Assembly: GCA_904063045.1 (NCBI GenBank)
Contig: CAJFCJ010000002.1
Coordinates: 4,435,645-4,499,644 of the forward strand
DNA: 64,000 nucleotides
Reading direction: 5' to 3'
From: Dimorphilus gyrociliatus
Lineage: Eukaryota; Animalia; Annelida
The translations under genes were made by a program, and so were the position numbers. Below the pieces are notes generated by a model. The model saw only the letters and a list, made by a program, of their open reading frames with translations, did not search any database and had not been told where the DNA came from. Below are positions 1 to 14,152 of the stretch, piece after piece. How positions within the stretch are numbered: position 1 is the stretch's first letter; every line of letters starts with the position of its first letter.

Positions 1-109
1 CGATTCAAAGGCCTTATTCCAATTTCTGTAGAAACGCCTTTATCTCTAAACGCTTCTTAACAGAAGCTTTATATTTGTTTGTACAGACAGTCTTCAACAC
101 ATACATACG

Positions 110-112
<3 letters not shown>

Positions 113-147
<35 letters not shown>
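113..147. repeat. (AT)n microsatellite
   Basis: Uninterrupted AT dinucleotide run read directly. Confidence 0.95.
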
Positions 148-148
<1 letters not shown>

Positions 149-2343
149 TGTATATTTATATATAACATAAAGTACAATGCAGATATATACACCGATTAGA
201 TGACATTTGTTGAATAATTATTGTAGCAATTTACACTGGCTATTAAAAGCACGAGTCAATTATCCTATACAAGACCCCCCGCAGCGATGAGTACTGCACA
301 ACTACATTACCGCTTTTCCAAGAACTTTTATAAAAACAGGTATATTAGTCATATGTACAAATGTATAAATTAGTATTCGCGAGTATGTGATAGTTTTTTG
401 CCTTGTCTTATCAGATTGGGGAGGAGCTTAGTTTTTTATCCGCATTCCTTAAAAAGTAGGTTAAGTAGAAAGATGCTTTAAGAAAAGCGACTTTATGCTG
501 TCAAATTTCTCTGTGGACTCACTTTTAATAAATTGATCAATTAAAAAGCAGTGATTCAGTAAAAGAAAAACAATATCCTGTTTTTTTTTAGTGGAGATTA
601 ATAATAAAAGTAACTTATTTTTATATTAGTATTGATATAATATAAAAAATATACCTAACAAAGATTTTTTTATAACTATTAGTGAGAAAAGAACATAAGA
701 TTATAATTGCTACATTAAAATAAGCTTAAAATTAGCCAATTTTACAGCGATTAAAAATGGTTCGAAAAATCCAGATCATTTTTTTTAGATACGTATGTCA
801 ACATAAATTCGCGCTAATTTCTTTTAATCTCTCTTTACTCTATATTTTGCTACATATATATCATAATATATATATATATGTATACAACTATTCTTCCATC
901 TTTATCTTTAATAGGAGCTGTTATCTATATACATATCTTCATGAGTGTGAACAGTTAAGAGAAAATAAGGATGATTTAAAAAAAATTATAAATTTAATGA
1001 AAATTGAGAAAGTATATCAAACAAGGTTGATTTAACTTTTAAGAGTTCAGTTTTATATTAATTAATGAAGCTATCTAAAGAGAAGAAAGATGATAGGTTG
1101 ATAAATTGGTACAAAAAAAAATCATCTGAAGGCTGCAGAAGCTATGCAAATTACGACAAGGAGTATTGTCAATTGAGAAGGATAATTATAATAATTGAAA
1201 CAGTTGAGGGAAAAGAACGTGAGGTATATCAGTTTATTTATAGGCGTATTTATAGACTAAGGGCGAGTATATATGCAATTTATGAGTGCGATGAAAAGAA
1301 CAGAGTTGGAGAATATTAGAGGGAAAAGAGCATGAAGCGTGGAGGGTGCAAGATACTGTACCAGACAATCTAAATGTGAAAAAGTAGCATTTTCCTAACG
1401 ATTGTTTGTCAAATCGGCTTGCTATTTGCCTGTTTATATCCATACTAATCTCTGCCAATTATTTTAATACGTCAATAGAAAAGAAACAGTGTCAAAGAGC
1501 TTTTCTTCCACACTTAGTTAGCGTCAAGTGTATACATTGTATGTATATGTATAAATGTATACACACAAAGGCGCACCTTTAGCGCACCTGTCCGCACGCG
1601 CCGCTCATTATCTCGCTACCCTACCGGCCGTGCACCACCTGCATTTTTTTCCTTTGCATTTTTTTTTTCATCTCTAGTTTTTTTTTGTTCAAGCAGTTCT
1701 TTTTTTCCTCTCTTGATTTAATTATGTCTTTATTGGCGTTAATCGCTTAGGTGAATGGAGCTTTTAGTGCTCTGTTGGGCGTCTTGAAGTGAGGGAGAAT
1801 TTTTTCGATTTCTAAAGGTGGGGGGCCAGCTGTGATTTGTGGTATAAACTTTCGCACTCTCGCGATCTTATAAGGGCGTTTATTAACTCTGTAGGATGTC
1901 ACGTGATTGGTGTGAAGCAGAGTTTATTCTTTCAATTATGCTATTGACTGTTCTTTGTGCCTACACTTTAAATATTATAAGTAATTTTCATTACTCATTT
2001 AGCAGTACCCTACCAGAAAGAAAATAATGATAGGCTCATTACTTATTTCTTTTATTAAATTTATCATTTAAGTAGGTCTTCCATTTAGACAAACGACAGT
2101 ATTAATTGATATATCTCATCTATATGCATATATATGTTAATATATGATCGAATAAAACTACTTATGTTAGAATCCATAATCTGCATAACTGAAGCTTAAA
2201 GTGCCATTAATCAGAGAATAATCAATTGTTTGCCAACAAAATAGCACTGAATATGAAAACATAACGTGATTATTCAAAGGTATAAAATAGTCATCATGGT
2301 GCAATGGTGAATGAATTTTAAAATATTAAATGAGAGAGAGAAG

Positions 2344-2347
<4 letters not shown>

Positions 2348-2418
<71 letters not shown>

Positions 2419-2450
2419 AGAGAGAGGGAGAGAGAGAGAGAGAGAGGGAG
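2348..2450. repeat. Compound microsatellite, about (GT)34 followed by imperfect (GA)n
   Basis: GT run at 2348-2415, then a GA-rich run to ~2450. It explains the spurious CVCVCV and HTHTHT ORFs. Confidence 0.97.
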
Positions 2451-3396
2451 AAACAAATAAAGCGAATAGTTAAAAGTCAGTTGGAAAGAATTCTTCAAAA
2501 GAGATCAAGTAAGATAAATAGTATTCTTTGTAAAGTAATTCGTAATTAAGCTTTTTAAGATATTTTGTGCAAGCTGCATTTAAAAAAAAAGTAAAAGGAA
2601 CTTTTCTTTTTGTCACTTACCTTTCAAGAGAAAATAATTTAGTACTTTTATTTTAGGAAGTAGAAATAGGTTGGCGATGTCTATTAACTCAACATGATGT
2701 TACACGACTTCATAGTGTGAATAAACCAATTAATTGTGTTATTGGCATAGGGACAAAAGACTTGCCTTGAGAGTCACGTACAAATTCCCAATTTATTCGT
2801 TTTCTCCTCTACAAATTAAACCTACTTTGGGGATTTATAATGTAAAGAATATAGTTGTTGGTAGCAAATGATTAGTGTATAAAGGGCGCAGGTAGGGTCT
2901 TGATCACCTATTGTGGTTTAAATTCAAGCATGCCGTAAACCAGTTATCAACTCAATGGGTAGTCGCATGGCTGCTGTGAAAGTTTTTCTATACTCCAAAG
3001 CATATAAATGAAGCAAACAAGTGAAAAAAAACGCTACTGGAAAATTGACGCCATTATAAAACGCCACCCCACCTGCGATATAATTAAGAGTCGTGCACTT
3101 AAATCCGTCTTTAATCTTTTTTTCTGCTTAGCTTCATTGTAGAAAATGAGTAAAGAAATTTTTTGATGATCTTCAAGGCGGGGAGCGCCTATAGGCCTTT
3201 GAGGCTCGACGCTTGCCGCAATTTATATAAGTGCAACGCATTACTTTGCCCTTTTTTGGTGCAATTGGCGCTTTGTCAGGGGTTTAATCAAATTTTGTTA
3301 AATGGCTTCTCATTTCGGAAAAAATATCGAGAGGCGTTCCATTTGAAAAAAAATGAAAAGCTCTTTGAAAAACACCCACACATGCACGCGCACTAA

Positions 3397-4240
<844 letters not shown>

Positions 4241-6359
4241 CTGTCATGCACTAGAGAGATGAACAATTGTAAACTAATTTTTCTTTTTGTTTATCTAGTC
4301 ATAATGTTTTTGTGGGTGAAAGAGAGCGTATAGATAAGTCACGCGATTCTAATTGCTCTACTAAATCTGTAATTGGTTGGATGGTGTAAAAGAAGGGAAA
4401 AGATATTCTGCTGTTCTTTCATCCCAATTTTTCTGTCGATGAGTTTGTGGGTATCAGTGTAAATATAATCATAATAAATTTGTGTAAAAATTGCTCGGAG
4501 CCGCCATTTAATTCGTACCCACCTGCCGCCCCCCTGCCGCACACACGAGTTTACGCTTAGCGTTTTATCCTAGTGTACGCATGCGCAGTAGGTCAGATGC
4601 AAGCGATAATATTGATTCTTCCAAACAACAAATTTAGTTGCTTTTTAATTTAGGTGCAGGCAATAAAAGTAAAAACTAATTCAAATGCACAAATGTATTT
4701 TAGAACGTAATACTGCAATTCGATATTAAATATTTTAATAAAAGTGGAAAACTTCTCCTAGTCATCTGTATCCGGATTCATTTGTACAAAGAGTTGAAAT
4801 AGCATGGTCTTCATTCCATGCAATAACCACGCATTTTACTAACAAGATAAATAATTTTGATGTGAGAATAGTAAGTAGCTTATTATTACATTTTTCAAAC
4901 TGAAAGGATTAAAAATAGGCTTAGCCATTCGTTATTAAATTTGACGGTCGCTCAATAGATTGTTGTTTGTCAACAGTCTTTGTTTATTAAATGGGATTGG
5001 AAAGAGCGATAGATTAATTTCTTGCCAAAAGAGAAAAGTAAGAGATTGAAAGTCTGGAAAAAGAAAGAATAAAAGAAGCACTCGACTTTTTCTCCAATTC
5101 GGTCAAGCACGCGACGCCGTCTAGTATTGCATCAATCAAAGAGCGTCTCCATCTTAACGCCATTTCCGCGCTGTTAATTAAATGCTTTGATCTATGCAAA
5201 CGCTCTCAATCTTTGTTATATAGCTTAAGAGCTGTCGTTTACCGCAACAATTTTTTTAGTTACTATAAAACTTGCTGTTTCTACCTTCAAAGAGATGCCG
5301 CGAGCGACAGAGTCTGGGAGAGACGGTACAATGCACTTTAATCTGTTTTTAACATGAAATTCTCTTCTGTGCACAATTATATTTTGTAATATGGATAGTT
5401 TTAATAGATAGCTTTATTAGGGTAAAGACTGGGAGGGACAATCACTCTTAACTCCTACACTTTTTCAATAGAAAGGAAGATTGTTATAAAATTAATCATG
5501 GATAAATTTTACTTTTCCTCCGCCCCTCACCCACCATAAAATCTACCGCATAAGTTATTCTTTCGACATATGACAATCAATGTAATTACCGAGCTTTTCC
5601 AAGTCGGCTGTCAAACGCCGCAAAAGGATTAGTGAGCTCGGATAATCCGAGACGGACGCCTAATTAGGGAAGCGTTTTGCAGCTTTGCGGTTGGCCTGCT
5701 GTTGATGGAGCATGAAATTATATGGGCTTTATAGAGCTGCAAAAAGTTTTGTTTGATAAGCAGTGAGCCAGAAATAAAATTACGTTTGTGCCTTGAAAGC
5801 GGGCGTTACGAGTAATCAGGTTACATTATATCTAATAAAAGCTATATTCATGTACGATGCAAGGCACACTATACTGTGAGCATATTCTACTTAAATCTCT
5901 ATAAGGTTTAGGAGTATGGAATAATGTATACTTTATAATATTGTAGACAGCCCTCGAAAGCACTCAACACGCAACAAGCGGTAGAACAAGGGATTAGCAG
6001 TAATCAAATGGAAGTGGATTAGAGGGGATAATCTTTGCCTAATTATAACATTTATACGAAATGCTCTCCTGTCACACTCTCTGCTCTTCCTTTCCTCAAC
6101 AATATAATATATATGCAGTACTTCTTCTATATTGACTATCTCCCCTACACCCCCATTTCATTCTACTTGATTTATTACCGTCTTTATAAACTAGACGCCA
6201 AAAATGTAGAACGTATGCACTCATTAAATCTTTTATTTACTGACGGATATATTTTCATGTTTATGAAACAAAATCAAGATATAAAAAGCCCTCTTTTTGC
6301 TCTTTCGTAAGCGTAAATCTTTGATTACAAAAGAAAAACATTAACAGATTGAAAGGCGT

Positions 6360-6373
6360 CCGCTAGGGGGCGT
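6360..6373 (+). promoter_or_regulatory. Candidate CTCF site
   Basis: CCGCTAGGGGGCGT matches the core CCRSYAGRKGGCR and sits at the edge of a CpG-rich islet. Confidence 0.5.
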
Positions 6374-9300
6374 TATGTGGATAAAATAGGGCCGTAGGTC
6401 GGGCTGGAATGCGGCCCTCGAGACTGATTGGATGCCCGCCGTCGCCATCAACGCCTAATAGAACGGAATGAAGCGGGCGTGCGCCCGCGTCGGCGGCGTC
6501 CATTAGACGCTGCGATTCGGTCATAAGCGATTAGCCGTGAAATATGGCCGTTCAATTACAGAATAATTTTTTGATGGTGCGGTAGGAGCAAGCGTGTGTT
6601 CTTTCTTCTAAAGCTAACACCATGCTCCCTATCTTATGTATAAATAAATAATACGAAACGAAGAGCAGAGTAATGATGATATATATTATAATATTATTAT
6701 TAATATTATATTAATAATATTATAGATATGAGGAAAAAGGATGAGAACAATTAGAAAATATTAATAGTATGTAATATGAGATGAGAATGAAGGAGAAATG
6801 ATATACGTAAATACTAAGAAATATAGGCTATGTAAATTACTGTATGCACATTTAATGTATTAGGTACAATACGCACACATCAATTCTATAGTTCATATAA
6901 TAGATGATTATAATAGTTAATAAAGAAGAATGGAAAGCCTGGGCTGTCTCCCTTGGTATTAAGCTTCCATAAATAAATACTTGTTGAAATTACTCAACCA
7001 GACAAAATTGACAGTTATCTATTGAAAAAAAATTATTTAATAATCCGCTAATCGGCCATTAAGAGATCGAAGCTTATAGATAGTGATCTCAGACACAATC
7101 CTTTGAATGTTTCCCGACCTAATTCCACTATGCAGGCGTCGCCCGAGCGTCACCCATATCATATTACAGCCATTAACGAGCGTCGCGCTCCGAAACGGCC
7201 AATTACAGAGCGGCAGCCAATTGCTTGAAAATTTCTCTCTCTTCTCTATACCTACTATACTCAATTATCTAAACGCCAAACGCCTCAGGCTCTGCCCCCA
7301 CTTTTCTCTTCTCTACGCCCTTCGTGCTGGTGCCGTCATATTTTTCAAATTTATTTTTATACTTTTCTTAAAGATTCTTTCCTTTTGCAACCTTTCTGCC
7401 CTTACAGCCCCTGTATCCTTATCCTGTTCCCGCATTAAATGCCTCTGGCTTATTCGAAGAAATTTTGTATCCTCTTTTACTTTGTCTCCTTCCTATTTGT
7501 TAACAATTTACTTTTCTTTCCTCCTAACTATTTTTCTTTTATGATAAACACTCATTTAAATCCGATTCCCTCCTACTTTTTAGTACTTCCCTCCCCTTTT
7601 TACCCTTCCTCCCCGGCACTCTTTATGCAGGCGCCGTGATTTTTCACTATTCAATTATTTACGACGCTCTTAATGGCGTCTAGAGTACTTTTAATCGCCT
7701 CTTTATTATCCTGAGAGGCGGACGCTAGTTTCATGTTTCTAGTGATTTCCATGTTTTCTATAATTGGGAGAGCTTTGCGGTCTGAATAGAGGGCGCTTCA
7801 ATAAAACGAATGTCTCTCTGTAAACAATTGGTGGCGGAGAGACGAATAATGATTGGACGAGAAGCAAAAGTAGTTTTAAAACAAGGAGGTGTTCGAGGGA
7901 GGGTACAGTTTTGTATATAGACAGTGTATTTTGTAAATCGTTGGGGTCGACCATAAAAAATTCCCTAAGCTTCTCTCTATTTCACTAATACTTAACTTCA
8001 TCCCACCTTTCTCGGGGGACTTTTGATCTTCTTTCACCCATTTCAACGCGGAGCAAGCAATTACAAGCTTCATTACACCGCCATTATTATTCACCCTTCA
8101 TTGTTGTTAGCTTTTATATAATATGTCACGTGATTTTTCTTTATTACTCGTCTATTGCGCAGTATTGCTGTTACGGGAGAACTTGTTAAGCGGAAGTCAG
8201 TCTTAATGTATACTGTTGCCACGTGCCCAAGTACATAATTGTAGATATAAATCGATTGGTTCGAAATCTTATATATGTTTCAATTAAGTCTTCCATTAGA
8301 GGACGTTGGATGCTCTCCTCTTTTAAGTCGTATTTTTTATTAAGCTATTTAGTAGGATACGTAAATTGACTTATGTTTGTATTCTGGGGTTTTTTTTCGC
8401 TGTAGATGATCCGTTTACTAAATCCTTAAAAATGAATGAATTAACTTGTTGTTTTTCGAAATGATGGGATTTTTTTTTTACATTTTGTCAATTAATTTCC
8501 GGATCAATCAAATCTTAAATGAATAATATTTACGTTGTAACTATTTAATATTATTTATATATATTAATTTCTATTTGACGTTTATAGACTATCTATTCAA
8601 TAGTATGGCGCATTGTGAAGTTTTCTTTTATCATAATGCATTTAATCTTAATTTAGATCGTCAACTGTTTTCATTAGTCCAATTACTGAGATGCATCTAA
8701 ATAAATATATATTTAGGATATACATATATATATATATATATATATCATATACAGTATATATATATTTATATAGATATAATATAGATTAGAATATAAAACA
8801 TATAAAAGGTAATGCACAAAAGTAAGTATGTGTGTAAACTGGAAACAAATAAATTTATGGATGCATGCAAGCATGCATGCTCACGGGTGAATGCATATAT
8901 TATATGAGAATTGGACAACGTCAAACTGAGATTTTATGTTTTCTTTAGAAATCAACGGATACAATTTAAAATGTACTATTCTCAACAATGTAATATAATG
9001 TATACTAAGAATGGTTATATTTATGTATGCATGCGTTATGAATACTTTAATTAAAGGGCAGAATTACAATATTTTCCTTTTTTTCTCGTCTTGGCTCCTT
9101 TAAAAAAGTGGCAAACTGCGATTTATAGCGATGATCGCATATAAATTGAGCGGATGAAAGGGAGTGGAGTAAATGCGCTCTTGATGGAGTAGTCTCCTGG
9201 GATTGCCCGCTGAAATACACGGCGTTTAGTTATAGCTTTGATGAGTCTTTTAGAAATCTCCTATTAATTTTCCAAAGCAACTGCTCTTGAACTCTTGTAA

Positions 9301-9486
9301 AGTGATTACAGTAAAGAGGGCGCCCATTTCCGGATCAATAGACTGGTTTCCGCTTAGGAAATGGGAACATGCAACAATTTACTATATTCATAAAAGCTCC
9401 AAGAGATGTAAAAGGCCTATTTTGAAGGACTAGGCGCTCGTTGCTCATTGGCTCTCTATGCCTCCTTTCTCTAAACACCAATCTGT

Positions 9487-9533
9487 CTATCCATTCATTC
9501 GTCCGTCCGTCCATCCGTCCATTCATTCATCCT
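9487..9533. repeat. Degenerate tetranucleotide repeat (TCCA/TCCG/TTCA)n
   Basis: Sequence reads tccattcattcgtccgtccgtccatccgtccattcattcatcc. Confidence 0.8.
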
Positions 9534-9644
9534 TTTTCCGTTCGCTAAATCCGATGACATTAGGCCTAAATTAACTTGTGCTTCTCTCAATAACGTTTTC
9601 TTTTTTTTGTACATGCAATATCATTTTTAGCAGTGAAAATTTCG

Positions 9645-9658
9645 CCGCCATCTGGCGA
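9645..9658 (-). promoter_or_regulatory. Candidate CTCF site
   Basis: Minus strand TCGCCAGATGGCGG has one mismatch to CCRSYAGRKGGCR. Confidence 0.42.
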
Positions 9659-10946
9659 TCTAATTATGGAAATTTGAAATATGTATCCTTTATAATTCTT
9701 ATAGACTCTAATAACTACAATGGCCATTACAGCATCTAATTTATGATAGCATCAATGTCAGTTGCGTGTCTATTGCGCAATGTAAGAAATTGAAAGAAAT
9801 TGGAAGGAATTAGAATCATTGGAACGAAAGAAGAATTACTATTTTTCACGAATTTAAAACTAATTGAATAGATAGTGTAACCGAATACTCCATATTTAAG
9901 AGTTTCCAATAGCCTAAAGCGTCTAGTTGACATGCGTAGAACGACTACAATTAAAAAAAACCCAAATACAAAAGACAACATTTGTGTTGAATAGCCACTA
10001 GCAATCATAACACCCTACACCTGTGATGCAATACATTATGCAAGTAAATCCGCCATTGAACACTGTCAATCACTTTCAAATCGTTTCCTATTTAGCAAGG
10101 AGAGTCAAGCGTAAAGAAGAGGCGACAGCATTCGACGGCCTTATCTTTATTGACGGCAAATAAGCTTATTAATAGCCGGTAGCCGGACGGATATTAATGT
10201 GTTTACTTTAGCATACAAGGACATTTGGAAAGTTAATGACTGATGAGGAAGTTTCACTACAAATTACTGCCATACGTCATCATAGGGTCGGGTCAACAGT
10301 GATTAACTCCACTTCAGCGCTACTGATGCCATCTATTGCTCAGAACATAACTCACATTACAACGCCTGTCTAGATTAGGTAAAATTTAAGAAAAGAGGAT
10401 CTCACAAAAAATTTTAATCGAAAGATAAAAAAAAGGAAACTTAATGAAATGACAGAAATAGACTAATTTATCAATAAAGGTAAAAAAGCAACGCCATTTG
10501 TCGTGTTTATCAGCACGGAGAAAAAAGACACTTGTAGGTCGTCTCTGTATAAAATGCTTTATAGAGATAAGGAGGATATGGAGAGTGCTTTTCTTCAACA
10601 GAGCCCTACCCTTTTCTTTTTTCCATTCATTCCTATTGTTGAAAGAGAGGATATACGATTTTTTCTTCCCTTTAATAAAAGAGGGAAATTCGGCTTTGTT
10701 GAAAGGAGGAAATATTGATAATGCGTTTAGATAAAGTGATTTTCGCATGGCTGCTTCGATGTTCTCATCTTTCAAAGAGCGTGATTAGAGAGCTACTCGA
10801 GACGATACATTATGTAATAGAGATTTCATATACACGCCGCTTCGACGCTTTGTGCAAGACGCAATTATACAGTTTAGCTTTGAGTACCGTGCTGTATTGA
10901 TGTAGGGGTTAATTGTTGTATTTTATGTGCGAGTCGCGTTAAAAGT

Positions 10947-10959
10947 GTTGCCAGGCAAC
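10947..10959. promoter_or_regulatory. Candidate RFX X-box upstream of the CFAP97-domain gene
   Basis: GTTGCCAGGCAAC fits GTNRCC-N-RGYAAC and is followed directly by another GGCAAC half-site. Confidence 0.5.
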
Positions 10960-12279
10960 TCACGGCAACTACCGTATATTTGCGGCTAATTGTCCCTTTA
11001 TTTCTGTTTCTCTCTGTCTATTTTTTCCTTTTGCTGTCCAATTCCCATTTTTAATTCCACTTCTCTCTGGGAACGATTCGTCCTTCGATTTTCTTTCGCG
11101 ATACTCTTTTCTTTTGTCTAGCTATTAGCCAATATATCATATTTTCTCGTTTCGATATCAAATTGTCAAACTTGTAATATGAATATAAATCCAAAGCCAA
11201 CTCTGATTGCATCATTAGTTATGATAATTTTGATATAAAACTTGGCCTCTAAATGACAAATTGATGAGTTTTTCATTTTTCTTCATGTATTCGTATATAA
11301 ATTAACCGAGCTGGCAAAAAAAGAGACAAGGTTACGACAGTTTCACACTGTAAAAGTACGAATGCGTAATTCTTTTACGCTCTATAGTAGGATCAAAGCA
11401 TTATTAGATCTGGTTGTTCACAGTAGTCAATCGTCAAAGGTTCCCTTGCTTCTTTCTTCCTTAAATATCCGCCTATATTTATTTTTATTATTGTTTCCAT
11501 AAATACATATTGCATAAGTATGTGTGCATAAATCAGTGTGCCACGATTGCACAAATTACGAACCCTTAGATCATAGAGCCATATGCAAAATATATCTCTG
11601 AAGCGTGATCTTATTTAAACGCATTTCACGAACTGTACTATAATGCAAAACAGCAAAATTAGTAGTGTTTCCCTTTATTCTCTTACTTAAAACGACTAAT
11701 AGAAGACTTTCTCATTTTTTTTATCTAAAGTAATTAATTAAGTAATCATAATCAATACAATTTCTTATTTGTAATTATGTACTACACAAACGTAATTGCT
11801 AAAAGTTATTACCAGGAGCATAAACGGTTTTCTCCTCGAAATATTGTTATAGCTCTTTCCATTAGTAGTTTTATTACTATTATTACCACCCAACTGGAAT
11901 TTCGATCAGGTTACTCTTCCTGAAAATTCTTGGGCGGGCATCCGGCGTTAAATGACCGAAACTTCGTTCTAGACGATAAAAAATATCATTATATTTAGTT
12001 GTAGCTTTCATGCGGTTAATTGAAAATTACTCTAATGGACGATGCCACATCTGTACTCAACCTGTCTCTCTCTCTCTCTTTCCCTCTATGCGTTTATCTC
12101 TCTTTTTCTGCTTATATATTTAACAAGCCGGAGGCAAAGTAAGAATGAAGCTAGTTATCGTCCGTTTCATCAGTTCAAGCATCTAGTTTTAAACGTCTAT
12201 CTTACCCTTGTTATTTAAATAATTGATGATATGAAGGTTCGTTTAAAATTTTTTGGAAAAGAATAACAAGTTCTCAGCT

Positions 12280-12784
12280 ATGTTTACTAAAAGATCAAAT
12301 AGACATGAAATAGTAATGAAATCAAGAATTGACAATACTCCTCCAAGGATAAATGGCAAGGCTCTGGATTTTGTTGACAAGGCCAGATTTCGAAGGGAAA
12401 CGATGAAACAGTTAGAAGAAGAAAATAGAAAATTATTAGAAAAAGTGGCAAAGATTCTTGCCTCTACCAAACAATATGACTTACGAGGAAATGAAGCGGA
12501 GAGACGGAAAAGGGAAAAAAGACAAGAGCAAAGACGTTTAGAGAAGATAGCGGAAGAGAAACGAATTGAAAAGGATAATTTAAAATTGTCTAAGAGGTTA
12601 TCAAAGGTCAGTTGAAAGTCGTATAAGTCGAATTTCTATAAAAAGTAGAGTAAAAAATGGATTGATGCTCGATGACCCTCAGGTAAAAAGCGTCTATACG
12701 AGATTGGAAATGGAAGAAGACTTTCAACGCAAAGTCGACAGAATGGCGACGCTTACGCGATTTCCGGGGAGTTGGAATAAATAA
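12280..12784 (+). CDS. CFAP97/KIAA1430 (Hemingway)-domain protein, CFAP97D-like
   Basis: Exon 12280-12606 encodes ...RIDNTPP...LEEENRKLLEKVAKI...RIEKDNLKLSKRLSK. A GT-AG intron follows. Exon 12683-12784 encodes VKSVYTRLEMEEDFQRKVDRMATLTRFPGSWNK*. The repeated E/DNxxLxxR/K motif and terminal RFP are typical of the family. Confidence 0.72.
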
Positions 12785-13614
12785 ATGATCGCCTTCAGCT
12801 GCTATTCCAAACGTAGGGTAGATGCCAGAGGCTTCCTATATAATTAACCAGTCTATATAAGGAGAGAAAGAAGGTATTCTTAAGAAAAAAATTAATTAAC
12901 AGTATCAGACATATCAAGCTGAGGATAAAATCAGTATATTCTATTCACAAACTAAATGCTATTATTATTTAGTTTGACTTTCTTAATTTTTTACAAGCTT
13001 GTTCAATATTCTCCAAGAAGTGAGATATCTACATTAAAAGTAGTATTTGCTTATTCAATTACATAATTATATGTAAATTATTAAAAGTGCGTGTAGGCAC
13101 TAAGATCTATTGCATTTAGCTTATTATTATCTCGTTAAAACATTTTTCTGTAAAAATAACTCATACTTTTCCTCCAGCTTTTAAAAAATATAAAATCTTT
13201 TGTTTCTATTTTCTCCTATTTCCTAATTTTCTATTTATTCGTTCTTTTTAATTTTTCTTCATCCTTTTATTCTAATTCTACTAGTTTACTCTTTCCCCCT
13301 CTGCCTGTATATCTGTCTATCTATCTATCTATTACTTTCTCTATCGGTTTCTTTCTTCCCTACCTTCCTCTCAATTCCAGTTCCTATCTTCTGCTCATTT
13401 TCCTCTCTCAACTTTTTCATCCACACTTCTCTTCCTCACTCTCAATCACTTTTTTTTCAACTTTTTTATCTTTCTTTTGTTGAAATTTACATTTTTGTTT
13501 TATCTAAAAAATATTTTTTTGCTCGAGACAAAAATTCTAAGCTGCAAAAAAAAAAAAACTCTTTTTGGGTTATATATTATACGCCATCTATCGATAAACT
13601 CTTTAATTTTATCA

Positions 13615-13850
13615 AGACCGCCCACAGCTAACGTCCATTAGAACAGAAGAGAGCCAAGTTCCACGTGTCACGTGACTTACGCCGGGAGTCTCTGAGCACC
13701 TGTTGACGGGCGTACAATAGCGACGGCGCCAATTAGACGTCATCGGACACAATTTACTGTCGACAGGATGTCGTAGCGTGCGTAGACGCCATGTCACACG
13801 TTTCCGGGCGTCGTTTGGGCCGGAAGTTAGAGACGGCGCACGCCAAAGTC
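13615..13850. promoter_or_regulatory. CpG-rich regulatory block with tandem E-boxes, CRE-like and ETS motifs
   Basis: CACGTG-TCACGTGAC at 13662-13676, GACGTCA at 13736-13742 and CCGGAAGT at 13820-13827. GC content is far above the flanks. Confidence 0.5.
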
Positions 13851-14152
13851 GGACGATTTTCTCTTGCTTTCGTTTTTGATTTGGCTATAAGTAGGCTCAT
13901 ATGTGGACGATTAAAGGCCTATTTTAGACTTACTTTCCATACAATTTCTTCTTAATTATTCCTTAGAGAGTTGTTGCAGACGGCGGTAGAGGGCATAGCT
14001 AATCTACCCGAACAGTGGAGACACCACGTGCCATTAATTGAACTAATCAAATGTCGAAAAACACGGAAACATTTGTTATTGGTTTATATTCTATTTATAG
14101 TTTTATTGATGATTAATAAAAATAAAATGATCGCATCGTGACTATCAGTATT

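Noticed and set aside
757-1458. Short AT-rich ORFs at the window start
   Set aside because: They have no recognisable motifs or splice-phase links, and their composition matches non-coding AT-rich DNA.
2330-2349. ATG...AAG|GTGAGT as Hmx exon 1
   Set aside because: The donor is perfect but phase 2. Joining it to 3452 gives the wrong frame and an early stop.
2274-2549. ORFs with CVCVCV / HTHTHT tracts
   Set aside because: They are translations of the (GT)n(GA)n microsatellite.
4524-4540. G/C run resembling a CTCF site
   Set aside because: It has one G too many between AG and GGC for the core spacing.
8258-8268. GGTTCGAAATC B-box-like word suggesting a tRNA
   Set aside because: There is no A-box at a suitable distance and no cloverleaf stems.
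7037-10900. Assorted 60-145 aa ORFs in the gene-free block
   Set aside because: They show low-complexity F/L/K bias, overlap on both strands, and have no domain motifs or consistent exon chain.
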